Positions 43,693-53,058 of a stretch of 64,000 nt of DNA are shown here, piece by piece. The DNA lies in the IMG/VR virus record IMGVR_UViG_3300037420_001273. One strand, given 5' to 3'. Source of the DNA: a virus. The notes below the pieces were generated by a model. That model ran no database searches. It had not been told where the DNA came from and saw only the letters and a program-made list of their open reading frames with translations. Position numbers and translations under genes: made by a program. Within the stretch, counting starts at the first letter, position 1. Every line of letters begins with the position of its first letter.

Positions 43693-44150
43693 CCATGCAG
43701 TTGAGCCCCCACTTCTCTCTGGCCGAATTCACGGTGACGCAGCACCGCGAGATCGACAACACGCTACCGCCGGACCTGTATAACGAGGCCCGTCGCACCT
43801 GCCAGCTGCTCGAGCGCGTGCGCGACTTCCTGTCGAACAAGCTCGGGCGCGAGGTGCCGCTCACGCTGTCCAGCGGCTATCGCTGTCTCGAGCTCAACCG
43901 CGCCGTGGGCTCGGCGGACTCGAGCGACCACATCAAGGCGATGGCCGCCGACATGGTCGCGCCGGTGTTCGGCACGCCGCTGAAGATCGCGAGCACGCTC
44001 GCGCCCTACGTCGATCAGCTCGGAGTGGGGCAGCTGATTCACGAGTACGGCCGCTGGGTCCACCTGTCGACCCGCACGCCGGACAAGACGCTGAACCGGA
44101 TCATCACGATCAGCGGTGCGGGGACGTTCGTAGGAGTGCTGCCTTGCTGA
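43689..44150 (+). CDS. Endolysin, Peptidase_M15 (VanY-like zinc peptidase) family
   Basis: SGYRCLELNRAVGSADSSDHIKAMAADM plus WVHLS supply the H-x6-D ... H zinc ligands. A GTG at 43689 overlaps the upstream stop, and an ATG lies at 43695. Confidence 0.85.
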   Translation: MTMQLSPHFSLAEFTVTQHREIDNTLPPDLYNEARRTCQLLERVRDFLSNKLGREVPLTLSSGYRCLELNRAVGSADSSDHIKAMAADMVAPVFGTPLKIASTLAPYVDQLGVGQLIHEYGRWVHLSTRTPDKTLNRIITISGAGTFVGVLPC

Positions 44151-44614
44151 CCGACATCCGCACGTACATCGCGGTCGCCCTGTTAGTCGCCGGCTTCGGC
44201 GCCGGGCACTGGTGGGTTCAAACAAGCTGGGACAAGGCTGAAGCGGCCCGAACGTCTCAGCAGCTCGCGCAAGAGCAGGAATTGCGCCGCTTCGAGCAGG
44301 CGCGCGCCGCCAAGACTCAGGAGATCCAAAGTGACCAAGCCCTCAAGCAAGCGCGCCTGGCTCGCGCTGCATCTGACGATCACGTTGCTGTGCTCGGCCT
44401 GCGCGAGCAGCTCGATGCCATCCGCAACGACGCCGAAACAAACCCCGCCGCCTGCCGAGCTAATGCAGAGCGAGTCCGAGTCCTCGCAGGATTACTCGCA
44501 GAGGGCGTTGGACTGGTTCAAGAAGGTAAAGAACGCGTTGGACGGCTTGATGCCCGGCTAACTGGACTGCAAGCCATCGAAGGAGACGTGCGCGTAGCCG
44601 CGCCTCCGAAATGA
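44144..44614 (+). CDS. i-spanin (Rz-like)
   Basis: An N-terminal TM helix (IAVALLVAGFGAGHWWV) is followed by a coiled-coil. It lies directly after the endolysin gene. Confidence 0.75.
   Translation: MLTDIRTYIAVALLVAGFGAGHWWVQTSWDKAEAARTSQQLAQEQELRRFEQARAAKTQEIQSDQALKQARLARAASDDHVAVLGLREQLDAIRNDAETNPAACRANAERVRVLAGLLAEGVGLVQEGKERVGRLDARLTGLQAIEGDVRVAAPPK
44331..44561 (+). CDS. o-spanin (Rz1-like), embedded in the +1 frame of the i-spanin gene
   Basis: GTG start with AGGAG 7 nt upstream. It has a lipoprotein-type signal ending LLCSAC and a Pro-rich mature part, TTPKQTPPPAEL. Confidence 0.65.
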   Translation: MTKPSSKRAWLALHLTITLLCSACASSSMPSATTPKQTPPPAELMQSESESSQDYSQRALDWFKKVKNALDGLMPG

Positions 44615-44697
44615 ATCAGCGGTGGTTGTCCGCCAGCAGAGGGTGCGGACCGCTGTGGGGCGCTCACGAACCCCTATCCAACCCTCTGTCGCTCCTG

Positions 44698-44724
44698 CCG
44701 GCGGGTTTTGCCTTGGCCCGCCGG
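44698..44724 (+). terminator. Possible terminator hairpin after lysis cassette
   Basis: ccggcggg-ttttgccttgg-cccgccgg. There is no clear U tract. Confidence 0.3.
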
Positions 44725-44740
44725 CGGGTGCACCTAAAAG

Positions 44741-44778
44741 TCGAATATCGAAGTTAGATCGAACCTATAATCGAACGG
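44741..44778. promoter_or_regulatory. Dispersed motif instance
   Basis: tcgaatatcgaagttagatcgaacctataatcgaacgg, abutting the ATG at 44779. Confidence 0.55.
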
Positions 44779-46029
44779 ATGACCGCGAACGACCGCCAGA
44801 AGTCCCTCGGCCCGTTCTCGCTGGGGGTCAACAACCGTCTGCCCGACTTTAAGTTGCGGACCAAAGACGGCGACTTCGTTCGCTCTGCCGTCAACGTCGA
44901 CCTGACCACGGAAGGCTCGTTCAAGCGCCGCGGCGGAACGCTCAAGCTCATCGCTGGTGACCAAGCATCTTCGCTGTGGTCAGACGAGGACGACGCCTTC
45001 TACTTGGATTCGGGGACGCTCTATCGCCTCAGCGGTAGCGTTTCCTCGCCAGTCCGCGTTCCGCTTGCGAGCGGGCTTCCGAACAAAAGCTTCAGCTACA
45101 CGCGCGCCGGCGCCGAGATTTACGCGAGCAACGGGCAGCAGCTGTACCGGATCAGCGGTAATTCACTCCTCGTCGCTGGTGTTCCGCTCATTGCGCCGGA
45201 ACCGGACGTGACCGCCGCGTCTGGAGGCTCGCTGCCCGCCGGCGAGTACCAGGTGTGTTTCACCTATGTCGCGGAGGATCTGGAAGAAAGCGGCTCAACC
45301 GTACCTGTACGTGTGAGTGTCGGCCTCAACGGAGCGCTGTCGTTCACCAACATCCCGACGCCGCCCGCGGGGGCAGTGCTGCGCGTCTACATGACTTCGG
45401 TGAACGATAACGTCCTGCTGCGCGCGTTTGACATGCCGGCGTCTGGGAGCTTCACTCTTACCGCGCGGCCTACGCTGGGCTCGCGCTGCATGACATTGCT
45501 GCTGCGGCCGATGCCGGCTGGCGACGTCGTGCGCTGGTTGAACGGCCGCTTGTACGTCGCCGCCGGCGACACCGTGTACTACAGCGAGCCCTACGCGCCG
45601 ACGCTGTTCAACCCGGCGCGCAACTACATCCTGTTCCCTTCGACTATCTCCATGCTGGAGACGTGCCAAAACGGCCTGTACGTCGCCGCCGACCAGACCT
45701 ACTGGCTTGGTGGTGATCCAAGCGGCGCGTCGCTCGACCCAGTGCTCCCGTATGGAGCTGTTCCCGGCTCGAGCGTGCAGTCGCCGGTGAAGAACGAGTG
45801 CTTTTGGATGAGCGTGCGCGGTCTCGTACGCGGCGATCAGAACGGCGTAGCCACCAACTTGCAAGAGGCGTTCGTTGCGGTGGAGCCTGCACAAGCAGGC
45901 TCCACTTTGTTTCGCGAGCAGGACGGCGTCCGCCAGGTGCTGTCGTCGCTCTTCGGTGGCGAGCAGACCGTGACGGCTGCTCGCAGCTACATGGACGCGG
46001 AAGTGATCCGCAAGGAGACCATTCTATGA
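44779..46029 (+). CDS. Tail structural protein candidate
   Basis: 416 aa. The dispersed motif lies directly upstream. Confidence 0.7.
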   Translation: MTANDRQKSLGPFSLGVNNRLPDFKLRTKDGDFVRSAVNVDLTTEGSFKRRGGTLKLIAGDQASSLWSDEDDAFYLDSGTLYRLSGSVSSPVRVPLASGLPNKSFSYTRAGAEIYASNGQQLYRISGNSLLVAGVPLIAPEPDVTAASGGSLPAGEYQVCFTYVAEDLEESGSTVPVRVSVGLNGALSFTNIPTPPAGAVLRVYMTSVNDNVLLRAFDMPASGSFTLTARPTLGSRCMTLLLRPMPAGDVVRWLNGRLYVAAGDTVYYSEPYAPTLFNPARNYILFPSTISMLETCQNGLYVAADQTYWLGGDPSGASLDPVLPYGAVPGSSVQSPVKNECFWMSVRGLVRGDQNGVATNLQEAFVAVEPAQAGSTLFREQDGVRQVLSSLFGGEQTVTAARSYMDAEVIRKETIL

Positions 46030-46523
46030 ACACGTGCCTGGAAGGCGGTTTCGAGTACCTCGTCGAGGTCGTCAAAGACGGGCGCGTCGTGGACAGCGAG
46101 CGTGTATGCAACCTGATGCCGAGCGAAGGCATCACGTACATGCTCAATACCACGTTCAAGGGCGGCGCGCAGGTAACTGGCTGGTACGTCGGCCTCTACG
46201 AAGGCAACTACACGCCGTCGTCGTCAGACACCGCGGCGGCGCTGCCGGCACTTGCGACGGAATGCACGGCGTACGCAGAGACGGCGCGCGTGCAGTGGGT
46301 GTCCGGGGCTGTGTCGAGCGGCACGCTCGACAACGTGTCATCGCGCGCCGAGTTCACGTTCAACGCGACGAAGACCGTCTATGGCGGGTTCATCACCTCG
46401 AGCGCGACCAAAGGGTCGACCTCGGGCGTGCTGTCGTCTGTTGTTCGCTTCGCTTCTCCCAAGTCCCTCGACAGCGGCAGCGTGCTGCGCGTGACCGCGG
46501 GTTTCACTCTCGCTTCGGCCTGA
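46026..46523 (+). CDS. Virion structural protein candidate (about 150-aa family, copy 2)
   Basis: The start was taken at MNTCLEGG (ATG 46026, ATGA overlap). Length is 165 aa. Confidence 0.7.
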   Translation: MNTCLEGGFEYLVEVVKDGRVVDSERVCNLMPSEGITYMLNTTFKGGAQVTGWYVGLYEGNYTPSSSDTAAALPALATECTAYAETARVQWVSGAVSSGTLDNVSSRAEFTFNATKTVYGGFITSSATKGSTSGVLSSVVRFASPKSLDSGSVLRVTAGFTLASA

Positions 46524-46558
46524 AATCGAAGCTCTTAGTTAGATCGAAGGAATGAACC
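46524..46558. promoter_or_regulatory. Dispersed motif instance merged with ribosome-binding site
   Basis: aatcgaagctcttagttagatcgaaggaatgaacc, then the ATG at 46559. Confidence 0.55.
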
Positions 46559-47002
46559 ATGGCCCTGAAACTCTCCACTGGTCTGCGCAACAAGCTGCTT
46601 GACACTGGCTCGCTCAAGTCCACTTTCGCTGCCGGCTTCATCAAGATCTACGCCGGCACCGTGCCGGCCGACGCCGACTCGTCCATCGGCTCGGCCACCC
46701 TGCTGTGCACTATCTCGGTGAGCAGCTCCGGCACCGGCATCAACTTCGCAACCAGCGCGTCCGGCGGTTCCATCTCCAAAGCGTCGGGCGAAACCTGGAG
46801 CGGTGTCAACGCCGCTACCGGCACGGCGACGTTCTATCGCCACGTGGCTGTCGGTGACGACGGTACCTCCAGCACCACGCAAGCACGCATGCAAGGCCTG
46901 GTTGGCACCGCCGGCGCAGAGCTGAACTTGACTTCGGTGTCACTGAATTCCGGCGCCACGCAGGCGATCGACTACTACACCGTCGCGCTGCCGACGTTCT
47001 GA
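46559..47002 (+). CDS. Virion structural protein candidate (about 150-aa family, copy 3)
   Basis: 147 aa. The motif plus GAAGGA lies upstream. Confidence 0.7.
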   Translation: MALKLSTGLRNKLLDTGSLKSTFAAGFIKIYAGTVPADADSSIGSATLLCTISVSSSGTGINFATSASGGSISKASGETWSGVNAATGTATFYRHVAVGDDGTSSTTQARMQGLVGTAGAELNLTSVSLNSGATQAIDYYTVALPTF

Positions 47003-47003
47003 C

Positions 47004-47948
47004 GTGTCCAAGGTCACTCGTTCTGGCTTGACGGCCGTTGGGTCCGTCGCCGTGTCTGGCGACGGAACAACGGCGTTCGTCGGTCAGTACTCCGCAAGCA
47101 GCGTGTACGAGTACACGTGGTCCGGCGGTGCGTGGACCTACGCCAACACGATCTCGACTTCGTTCCCTGCGCGGTTGGGTGCGTCGAGTGACGGCACGAC
47201 GCTCGTGTCGACTGACGGCTACGACTTCCATACGTACCAGAAGACCAGTGGTACGTGGAGCCAGGTCGACTTGCTTTCTCTCACAGGGAACGATTCGCTC
47301 GACAACAACATCAGGATCAAGCCTGATGCGAGTTTGATGTGCGTGTCCGGGTGGGACACCAGCACAGGTCAACGGTATCTTTGGACTTATCAGCGGTCCG
47401 GTTTAGCTTGGTCCAGAGTCGACTCGATCAACACAGGTCCAAACAGCACTCGCCTCATGATCGGGGGCTTCGATGCCTCGGGCTATCTGTACGTTTACTA
47501 CACAAACGACAGTACGACATACGAGGTTCGCAAGTACGTTCGCAGTGGCGCCAGCTGGTCCCTCGTGACAACGACAGCTGTGTCGTCCTACGCGAACATC
47601 AACAACATCAGCGATTTCGTCGCTGACTACAACACTGGAGCGACCTGGTTCTTCGGCCACTCGAGCGCCACCAGCACGTACTACGACGGCGTACGCAAGT
47701 ACGTGTCGGCTGCGTACGCGTCGACGATCAACGCTGACTTCACAGACGGCACCGAATCGATCTTCGGTCAAGCCGTCGATGTCAGCTCAGATGGTTCGGT
47801 ACTTGTTGCGAACTACAGAAACGTCACCGCGAACCAGTTCGGCTTCTACTACACCGGGGGCGGTTCTCCGCCGCCACCCCCGCCTCCGCCGCCGCCAGGC
47901 ACGTCTGTGTTCTGGACCGACTTCCAACACACCTATGAAGTTCCCTAA
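47004..47948 (+). CDS. Beta-propeller-like tail protein with C-terminal Pro10 tract
   Basis: 314 aa with a GTG start. It has repeated S-x-DG-[TS]-x-[LV]-V blades and GGGSPPPPPPPPPPGTS near the C-terminus. Confidence 0.7.
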   Translation: MSKVTRSGLTAVGSVAVSGDGTTAFVGQYSASSVYEYTWSGGAWTYANTISTSFPARLGASSDGTTLVSTDGYDFHTYQKTSGTWSQVDLLSLTGNDSLDNNIRIKPDASLMCVSGWDTSTGQRYLWTYQRSGLAWSRVDSINTGPNSTRLMIGGFDASGYLYVYYTNDSTTYEVRKYVRSGASWSLVTTTAVSSYANINNISDFVADYNTGATWFFGHSSATSTYYDGVRKYVSAAYASTINADFTDGTESIFGQAVDVSSDGSVLVANYRNVTANQFGFYYTGGGSPPPPPPPPPPGTSVFWTDFQHTYEVP

Positions 47949-49587
47949 GCAGCGTACGCTGGGCTTCTCGGTGGTCGGCACGGACCAAGTATGGGGGCTC
48001 GAGCAAGTGGACTGCCCGTACCTGACGCGCACGAGCCCAGAGTCGCTCACGCGCAAGGCCGGGCCGTTCGTCAATGTGTACAAGCTAGATGAGACTCCGT
48101 CCCCGCCGGCGGCGACGTTCCACCTGTGGGGCGACGTCCTCACGACTGCGGGCCTCACGACTGGTACGTTTACGAAGACCTCAAAGAGTCTCGCTGCATA
48201 CGGCTCAGTGATCACTGACAGCACTTACGCGCTGACTACTTCGTTCGACGTGTACGCCGGCAACCAGTACATCCTGCGTCTGGCGCGGAACACGAGCAGC
48301 ACGGCGTTCTGGCCAGTACTCGTGCGACCTACGCTTGGAAACGAATACGCGCCGCTGCCAGCGAACGCAGGCAACTCGATCTCGTTCTTCAGCACGATGA
48401 AGCTTTCGGGCGGAGCCACTTTGAACGAGTATCAGCGTGGCTTGTCGATCTTTGCGACGGGTACTGACGGAACGGCTTATCGCTTCGGATTCAGCGGTAT
48501 GTGGCAAGACACAGCCACTACTCCGATCTGGGTGAACGGCGGTCCTAACGACGGTTTCCTCGCTACTAGCTTGCGTTACCGCGAGCAGCGCTGCTGGTTC
48601 TCGGACACGGCGAGCTTCGAGGTGACGACCAAGACTTTCAACGAGACTTCGCGCGAGTCTTCGCCGACGTACGTACAACAGATTGGCAAGGGCAAGCTAC
48701 TCGCGCTGCAGACCGTCATGGAGCAAGCAGCCAGCGTTGATTTCAACGGCACGGACTACGTGACGACGTTTCAGCCGTTTGTGCTTCCTAAGCTCTGGAG
48801 CTCGAGCGACCACGGCGCCACCTGGTCATCGACGCCCGCTAGCTTCTTGCTGCCGTACCTGTACTACACCGCGAACAACAACGGTGCGTTCGGCGGTGCT
48901 TGGACAGTCAACTACGCGACCCTTGGCGACCGGCTTGTGGTGAGCAACCGACAGCTGTTGAACATGGCCAGCGGCGCGCGATTCATCTACGTCGGCAACA
49001 GCACTGTGCTTCTTATCGTGCCGTTCTGCTACCTCGGCGGTACCGGGCCGGGCGAGCAGTGGGCTACGCTGCTATTCCGCAGCACAGCTGGCGGCGCGTT
49101 CACGCGTGTCACTTGGCCTGCCGACGCTTGGATTGCGTCCTCACAGACGAGCGTTTCCGAGCCGTTCCTGACATCACTGATCGGATACTTCTACAACGGC
49201 TGCTGGTCGCTCGGTCCTGGACACGCGTTCGTGCCCGTGCAGTACGCGAGCGGCGCCGTGAAGATTCTTTACACACAGGACTCTGGCAACACATGGACGT
49301 TGTCGCCGGCGGTGCCTACCGATGTCGTGTATCCGTTGACTGGCGCGTTCTACGCTACACCGTTGACGACCGGCGTAGCGCTCGTCCCTAAGCTGGACAC
49401 GTCAGCGAACACGCTGACGTGGATGCGTACTACGTCCACCTTCGACGTGTACACGCCCGTCGGCAATGTCCAGGCCGGTTCTGCGTTGGCGCCTGCGGTG
49501 AGTGACCTCAGCGGCTACGCTGGTCGCTTCTTCATCAACCTCGGTGGTCGGTTCAACCCGGCCTACCCGAACGAGTTCGACCAATGA
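47935..49587 (+). CDS. BNR/Asp-box repeat protein (sialidase-like beta-propeller tail spike candidate)
   Basis: The start was taken at MKFPKQ (ATG 47935). Asp-box motifs are SSDHGATWS and QDSGNTWT. Confidence 0.72.
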   Translation: MKFPKQRTLGFSVVGTDQVWGLEQVDCPYLTRTSPESLTRKAGPFVNVYKLDETPSPPAATFHLWGDVLTTAGLTTGTFTKTSKSLAAYGSVITDSTYALTTSFDVYAGNQYILRLARNTSSTAFWPVLVRPTLGNEYAPLPANAGNSISFFSTMKLSGGATLNEYQRGLSIFATGTDGTAYRFGFSGMWQDTATTPIWVNGGPNDGFLATSLRYREQRCWFSDTASFEVTTKTFNETSRESSPTYVQQIGKGKLLALQTVMEQAASVDFNGTDYVTTFQPFVLPKLWSSSDHGATWSSTPASFLLPYLYYTANNNGAFGGAWTVNYATLGDRLVVSNRQLLNMASGARFIYVGNSTVLLIVPFCYLGGTGPGEQWATLLFRSTAGGAFTRVTWPADAWIASSQTSVSEPFLTSLIGYFYNGCWSLGPGHAFVPVQYASGAVKILYTQDSGNTWTLSPAVPTDVVYPLTGAFYATPLTTGVALVPKLDTSANTLTWMRTTSTFDVYTPVGNVQAGSALAPAVSDLSGYAGRFFINLGGRFNPAYPNEFDQ

Positions 49588-51848
49588 CCAGCGCGCTGTA
49601 CAAAGACCTCGGCCAGGTTATCGGCGACTACAACAACAACGGCGTCCCGGACTATCTGGAGACGATGTCTGGCGGAGCTACGCCGAACAAGATCTACTCG
49701 TACAAAGTGGTACAGGACACCTGGACTACTTTGTACAACGTCGATGGTACCGGCAGCAGCACCAGCAGCGCGCTGTACGGAACGATCACGTCGACGACTT
49801 ACTCGTCGAAGACGCACGTATCGTCGTTTACGTCGAGCTCCGGTGTTTCCGGCTCAGGTGATGTGCTGTACGCGTCGTGGACCGGCACAACGATGCAGAC
49901 CGTTGCGATGGAGCTCACGGTCTTGACTGAGGACGCGGTAACGCCGGCGATTGAGCCGAGCGGCACTGTCCCCGGCGCGAACGTCGTGCTCATCGACCCT
50001 GGCTCCCCAGCTGTCCCCGGCTACTTCAGTACGGAAAAGGAGCTCGTGTGCGAGTTCGTCTCGGCGGAGCCGACATCGTTCGAACCTGGGCAGGTGTACC
50101 TACCGCCCGACAGCGGTCCGGGCTCGCCTGGGGGAGCAGCGCGCGTGTGCTCCGTACAGGACGTGCAGGTCTGGCACGAACCTGTCCCGGCGCGCGCGCC
50201 CACGTACAGCAACGTCGACTCGCCGAGTGTGAAGTTCGCGCGCGATCTGAACCTCGGCTGGAGTGATGGCGCTCGCTCTGTCGCGCGGCCTAAGCGTGAC
50301 GCGTTCCTGCAGTTTACGGTCGGGAGCACGCTCATCGGTGCGGTCGTCGGTTTCGAAGACACGGCGAACCTGGACTCTTCGATCGACGCCACTTTGCTGG
50401 CGTACGCGTACCCAAGCGACGACTGGTCTACGTACACACTCGATCCAGCGCCGATCACAGACGAGTCGTTCATGTGGACGTACATCCGCAACGGCGTCGT
50501 GATCCGCGACGGCGAGCTGTTCACGTTCGAGCGGTTCGGTTCGCAGAACTACCTCTCCACAATCGCAACTGGCGACGTAGTGCGCGTTGAGCGCAACCTG
50601 CGCCGCATGCGCTGGTACAAGAACGGCACTCTGCTCAAGGAGAGCCTACTGGAGCGCTCCTATCGCCCCACCAGCATGGTGGCGATGCTCTACGCCGGCG
50701 GCGACTACATCGACACGCCGAGTGTCGGTGACCTCCTGGTCAATCAAGCGTACGTCTACGTGTCTCCGCTGGAAGCGCTCGGCGGCGCCGCGATCGCGCA
50801 AGCCGGCGTGTTCATGCAGTTCATGACCGTATCAGCCGGCGCGTACCCGGTCATCTCGTTGCCGCATCTGAGCGTGTTCGCCGCCGACCACGTCTCTGGG
50901 CAAGCGTCGCTTTCGCTGCCGTATCTGGCTGTGACCGCGCATAACACTGCGGTATCCATCACTCCGCGGTTCGCCATCGCCACAGTGGGGCTACCTACGA
51001 TGCAAGCTGCTGCGGTCGGCACTACCGGTGGCACCGGTCAAGCCAGCGTGTCCACGAAGAAGATCGTGGCGCTCGGCTGGGATCACGTCGGTGGCATGGC
51101 TGCTGTAGATACGCCGACGTTGTATGCCTTCGGTCTCGAGGAAGGCAATGGCAACGCCACTATCGGCGGTCTCCTGACGGTCACGCCGTCGCTGACGGCG
51201 TACAGCGCGATCGTAGTGACGATGACGTCCACTGGCACGATCACGAACGCAGTGGCGTACCAGGTCGTGAAGGATGCCAGCGCTACTACCGGTATCGGGG
51301 CCGCCACGACCTGGTCGTCGACGTCGATCCTGCAAGCGCTGTTGAGCAACGTCCTGAGCATCGGCAGCGCGGTGCCTGTGTACGAACAACCGACGCAAGC
51401 CTGGGTTGTGAACATCGACAGCGGAGCCAGTACGTCATACGAGAGCTATGACTTCAACTCGTATGCGATCTTCGACGGGCACTACCTGGGAGTGAAGAAC
51501 GACGGCCTCTACCTGCTCGAGGGTGACGATGACGACGGAACGCCGATCCGCGCATCGATTTCGTTGGGCAAGCAGAACTTCGACACTTCCTTGCTCAAGC
51601 GCCCGCAGTACTGCTACGTCGGGGTGTCGTCCAGCGGAACGGTCTTCATGAAAGTGACTGACGCCAGCGGCACTGAGTACGTCTATGCAGCGCGGCGTGC
51701 CGACCAACAACTGGCTACGCAGCGGTTTGACCTCGGGAAGGGGCTGCGGGCGAACTACTTCACTTTCGAGCTCTTCAACGGCGACGGTGCGGACTTCGAG
51801 TTCAACACCGTCGAATTCCAGCTCGCTGAGCTGACCCGGAGGATCTGA
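49584..51848 (+). CDS. Large tail / virion structural protein
   Basis: 754-aa ORF with ATGA coupling. Confidence 0.72.
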   Translation: MTSALYKDLGQVIGDYNNNGVPDYLETMSGGATPNKIYSYKVVQDTWTTLYNVDGTGSSTSSALYGTITSTTYSSKTHVSSFTSSSGVSGSGDVLYASWTGTTMQTVAMELTVLTEDAVTPAIEPSGTVPGANVVLIDPGSPAVPGYFSTEKELVCEFVSAEPTSFEPGQVYLPPDSGPGSPGGAARVCSVQDVQVWHEPVPARAPTYSNVDSPSVKFARDLNLGWSDGARSVARPKRDAFLQFTVGSTLIGAVVGFEDTANLDSSIDATLLAYAYPSDDWSTYTLDPAPITDESFMWTYIRNGVVIRDGELFTFERFGSQNYLSTIATGDVVRVERNLRRMRWYKNGTLLKESLLERSYRPTSMVAMLYAGGDYIDTPSVGDLLVNQAYVYVSPLEALGGAAIAQAGVFMQFMTVSAGAYPVISLPHLSVFAADHVSGQASLSLPYLAVTAHNTAVSITPRFAIATVGLPTMQAAAVGTTGGTGQASVSTKKIVALGWDHVGGMAAVDTPTLYAFGLEEGNGNATIGGLLTVTPSLTAYSAIVVTMTSTGTITNAVAYQVVKDASATTGIGAATTWSSTSILQALLSNVLSIGSAVPVYEQPTQAWVVNIDSGASTSYESYDFNSYAIFDGHYLGVKNDGLYLLEGDDDDGTPIRASISLGKQNFDTSLLKRPQYCYVGVSSSGTVFMKVTDASGTEYVYAARRADQQLATQRFDLGKGLRANYFTFELFNGDGADFEFNTVEFQLAELTRRI

Positions 51849-51850
51849 CT

Positions 51851-52873
51851 ATGTCCAGCTTCCCGCTGCCTGACCCGCCCAGCACTGTTGCCTACGCGGT
51901 CACTGCCGCGAGCCGCATCTTCAACGGCTTGTGGGAGACCGCGCAGGAGAAGTCCGTCAAGTTCGACGCGCGCCTGGATGACACAACGGCGAACGTCCCG
52001 GCGTCGATGGCGCTGGCGCCGGCGCCCGTGATCTCCGGCTTCACCACTCCGACGTTGCCGACGCCGCCCACGAGCATGAACGCCTCTGACCTCGAGGCGC
52101 TTTACAACAACAATGTGAGCGCGCTGGAAGAGCTGCTGGTCAGCTCTTACTCGGACTACCTGGCTACTTACTTCCCAGCTGGGACGTACTTGTCGCAGGC
52201 TCAGTCGTGGATCGAAAACGTGCTGAGCACCGGCGGCACTGGCGTGAATCCGACCGTCGAGGCGCAGCTGTGGGAGCGAGATCGCGCGCGTGTGCTGCAA
52301 GAAGCCGCCCGCATGGAGGAGGAGCTGCTGACGACCTGGGCTGGTCGGCGCTTCCCGCTGCCGCCTGGCGCACTCACGTATCAGGTCCTGCAAGTCCGCA
52401 AAGACTCCTCGGACAAGATCGCCGAGAGCTCGCGCAACACGGCGATCAAGGTCTACGAGATTCAGGTAGAGCAAGCGCGTTTTGCCGTTCAGCAGGCGCT
52501 TGCGCTGCGACAGCAGGCCGTGCAGGCGGCAGGGGAATACATGCGCAATCTGGCGTTGGCGCCGCAGATCGGCGCGACGCTCGCCGCAGCTCTCGCTGAT
52601 GCGCAGGCTCGCCTGGCCAGCGTGACGACGGAGTACTACAAGGCACTGATCGCTGCGCAGGAGATCCCTCTGCGCGTAGCGACCACGAACGCCGAGCTGG
52701 CGGTGCGCGTCGAAGAGCTGCGCGGCCGGCTGGATGTGGATCTGATCGACAAGCGCGTTCAGGCAGCGATCGGCGCGGCTCAGATGTACAGCACGCAGGC
52801 GGCGGCGGCCTTCAACGCGCTGCACAGCCAGGCTGCCATCAGCTCGAGCGACAGCGTGAGCACTTCGCTCTAA
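51851..52873 (+). CDS. Virion internal protein candidate
   Basis: 340 aa, helical and Ala/Gln-rich. Confidence 0.65.
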   Translation: MSSFPLPDPPSTVAYAVTAASRIFNGLWETAQEKSVKFDARLDDTTANVPASMALAPAPVISGFTTPTLPTPPTSMNASDLEALYNNNVSALEELLVSSYSDYLATYFPAGTYLSQAQSWIENVLSTGGTGVNPTVEAQLWERDRARVLQEAARMEEELLTTWAGRRFPLPPGALTYQVLQVRKDSSDKIAESSRNTAIKVYEIQVEQARFAVQQALALRQQAVQAAGEYMRNLALAPQIGATLAAALADAQARLASVTTEYYKALIAAQEIPLRVATTNAELAVRVEELRGRLDVDLIDKRVQAAIGAAQMYSTQAAAAFNALHSQAAISSSDSVSTSL

Positions 52874-53058
52874 CGGAAGAAGAACTGACCGATGCCGACG
52901 AACAACCCGATTGCTGTTGCGACGGCGAAGATCGCCCAGAGCAGCCACTGCGCCCAGCGCCGCGGCTGCTCAAGGTACCAGTTCTTGTTGTCCAGCAGCG
53001 ACTGGATCTCCTGGATAGGTTGAGGCGTCAGCTCTTCGACCACGTTCTTGAGTTTCAT
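52870..53058 (-). CDS. Small C-tail-anchored membrane protein on opposite strand
   Basis: The start was taken at MKLKNVVEEL (ATG 53058). It has a C-terminal TM helix, WLLWAIFAVATAIGLFVGIGQFFF. It is convergent with the upstream plus-strand gene, with a 4-nt overlap. Confidence 0.45.
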   Translation of the reverse strand: MKLKNVVEELTPQPIQEIQSLLDNKNWYLEQPRRWAQWLLWAIFAVATAIGLFVGIGQFFFR

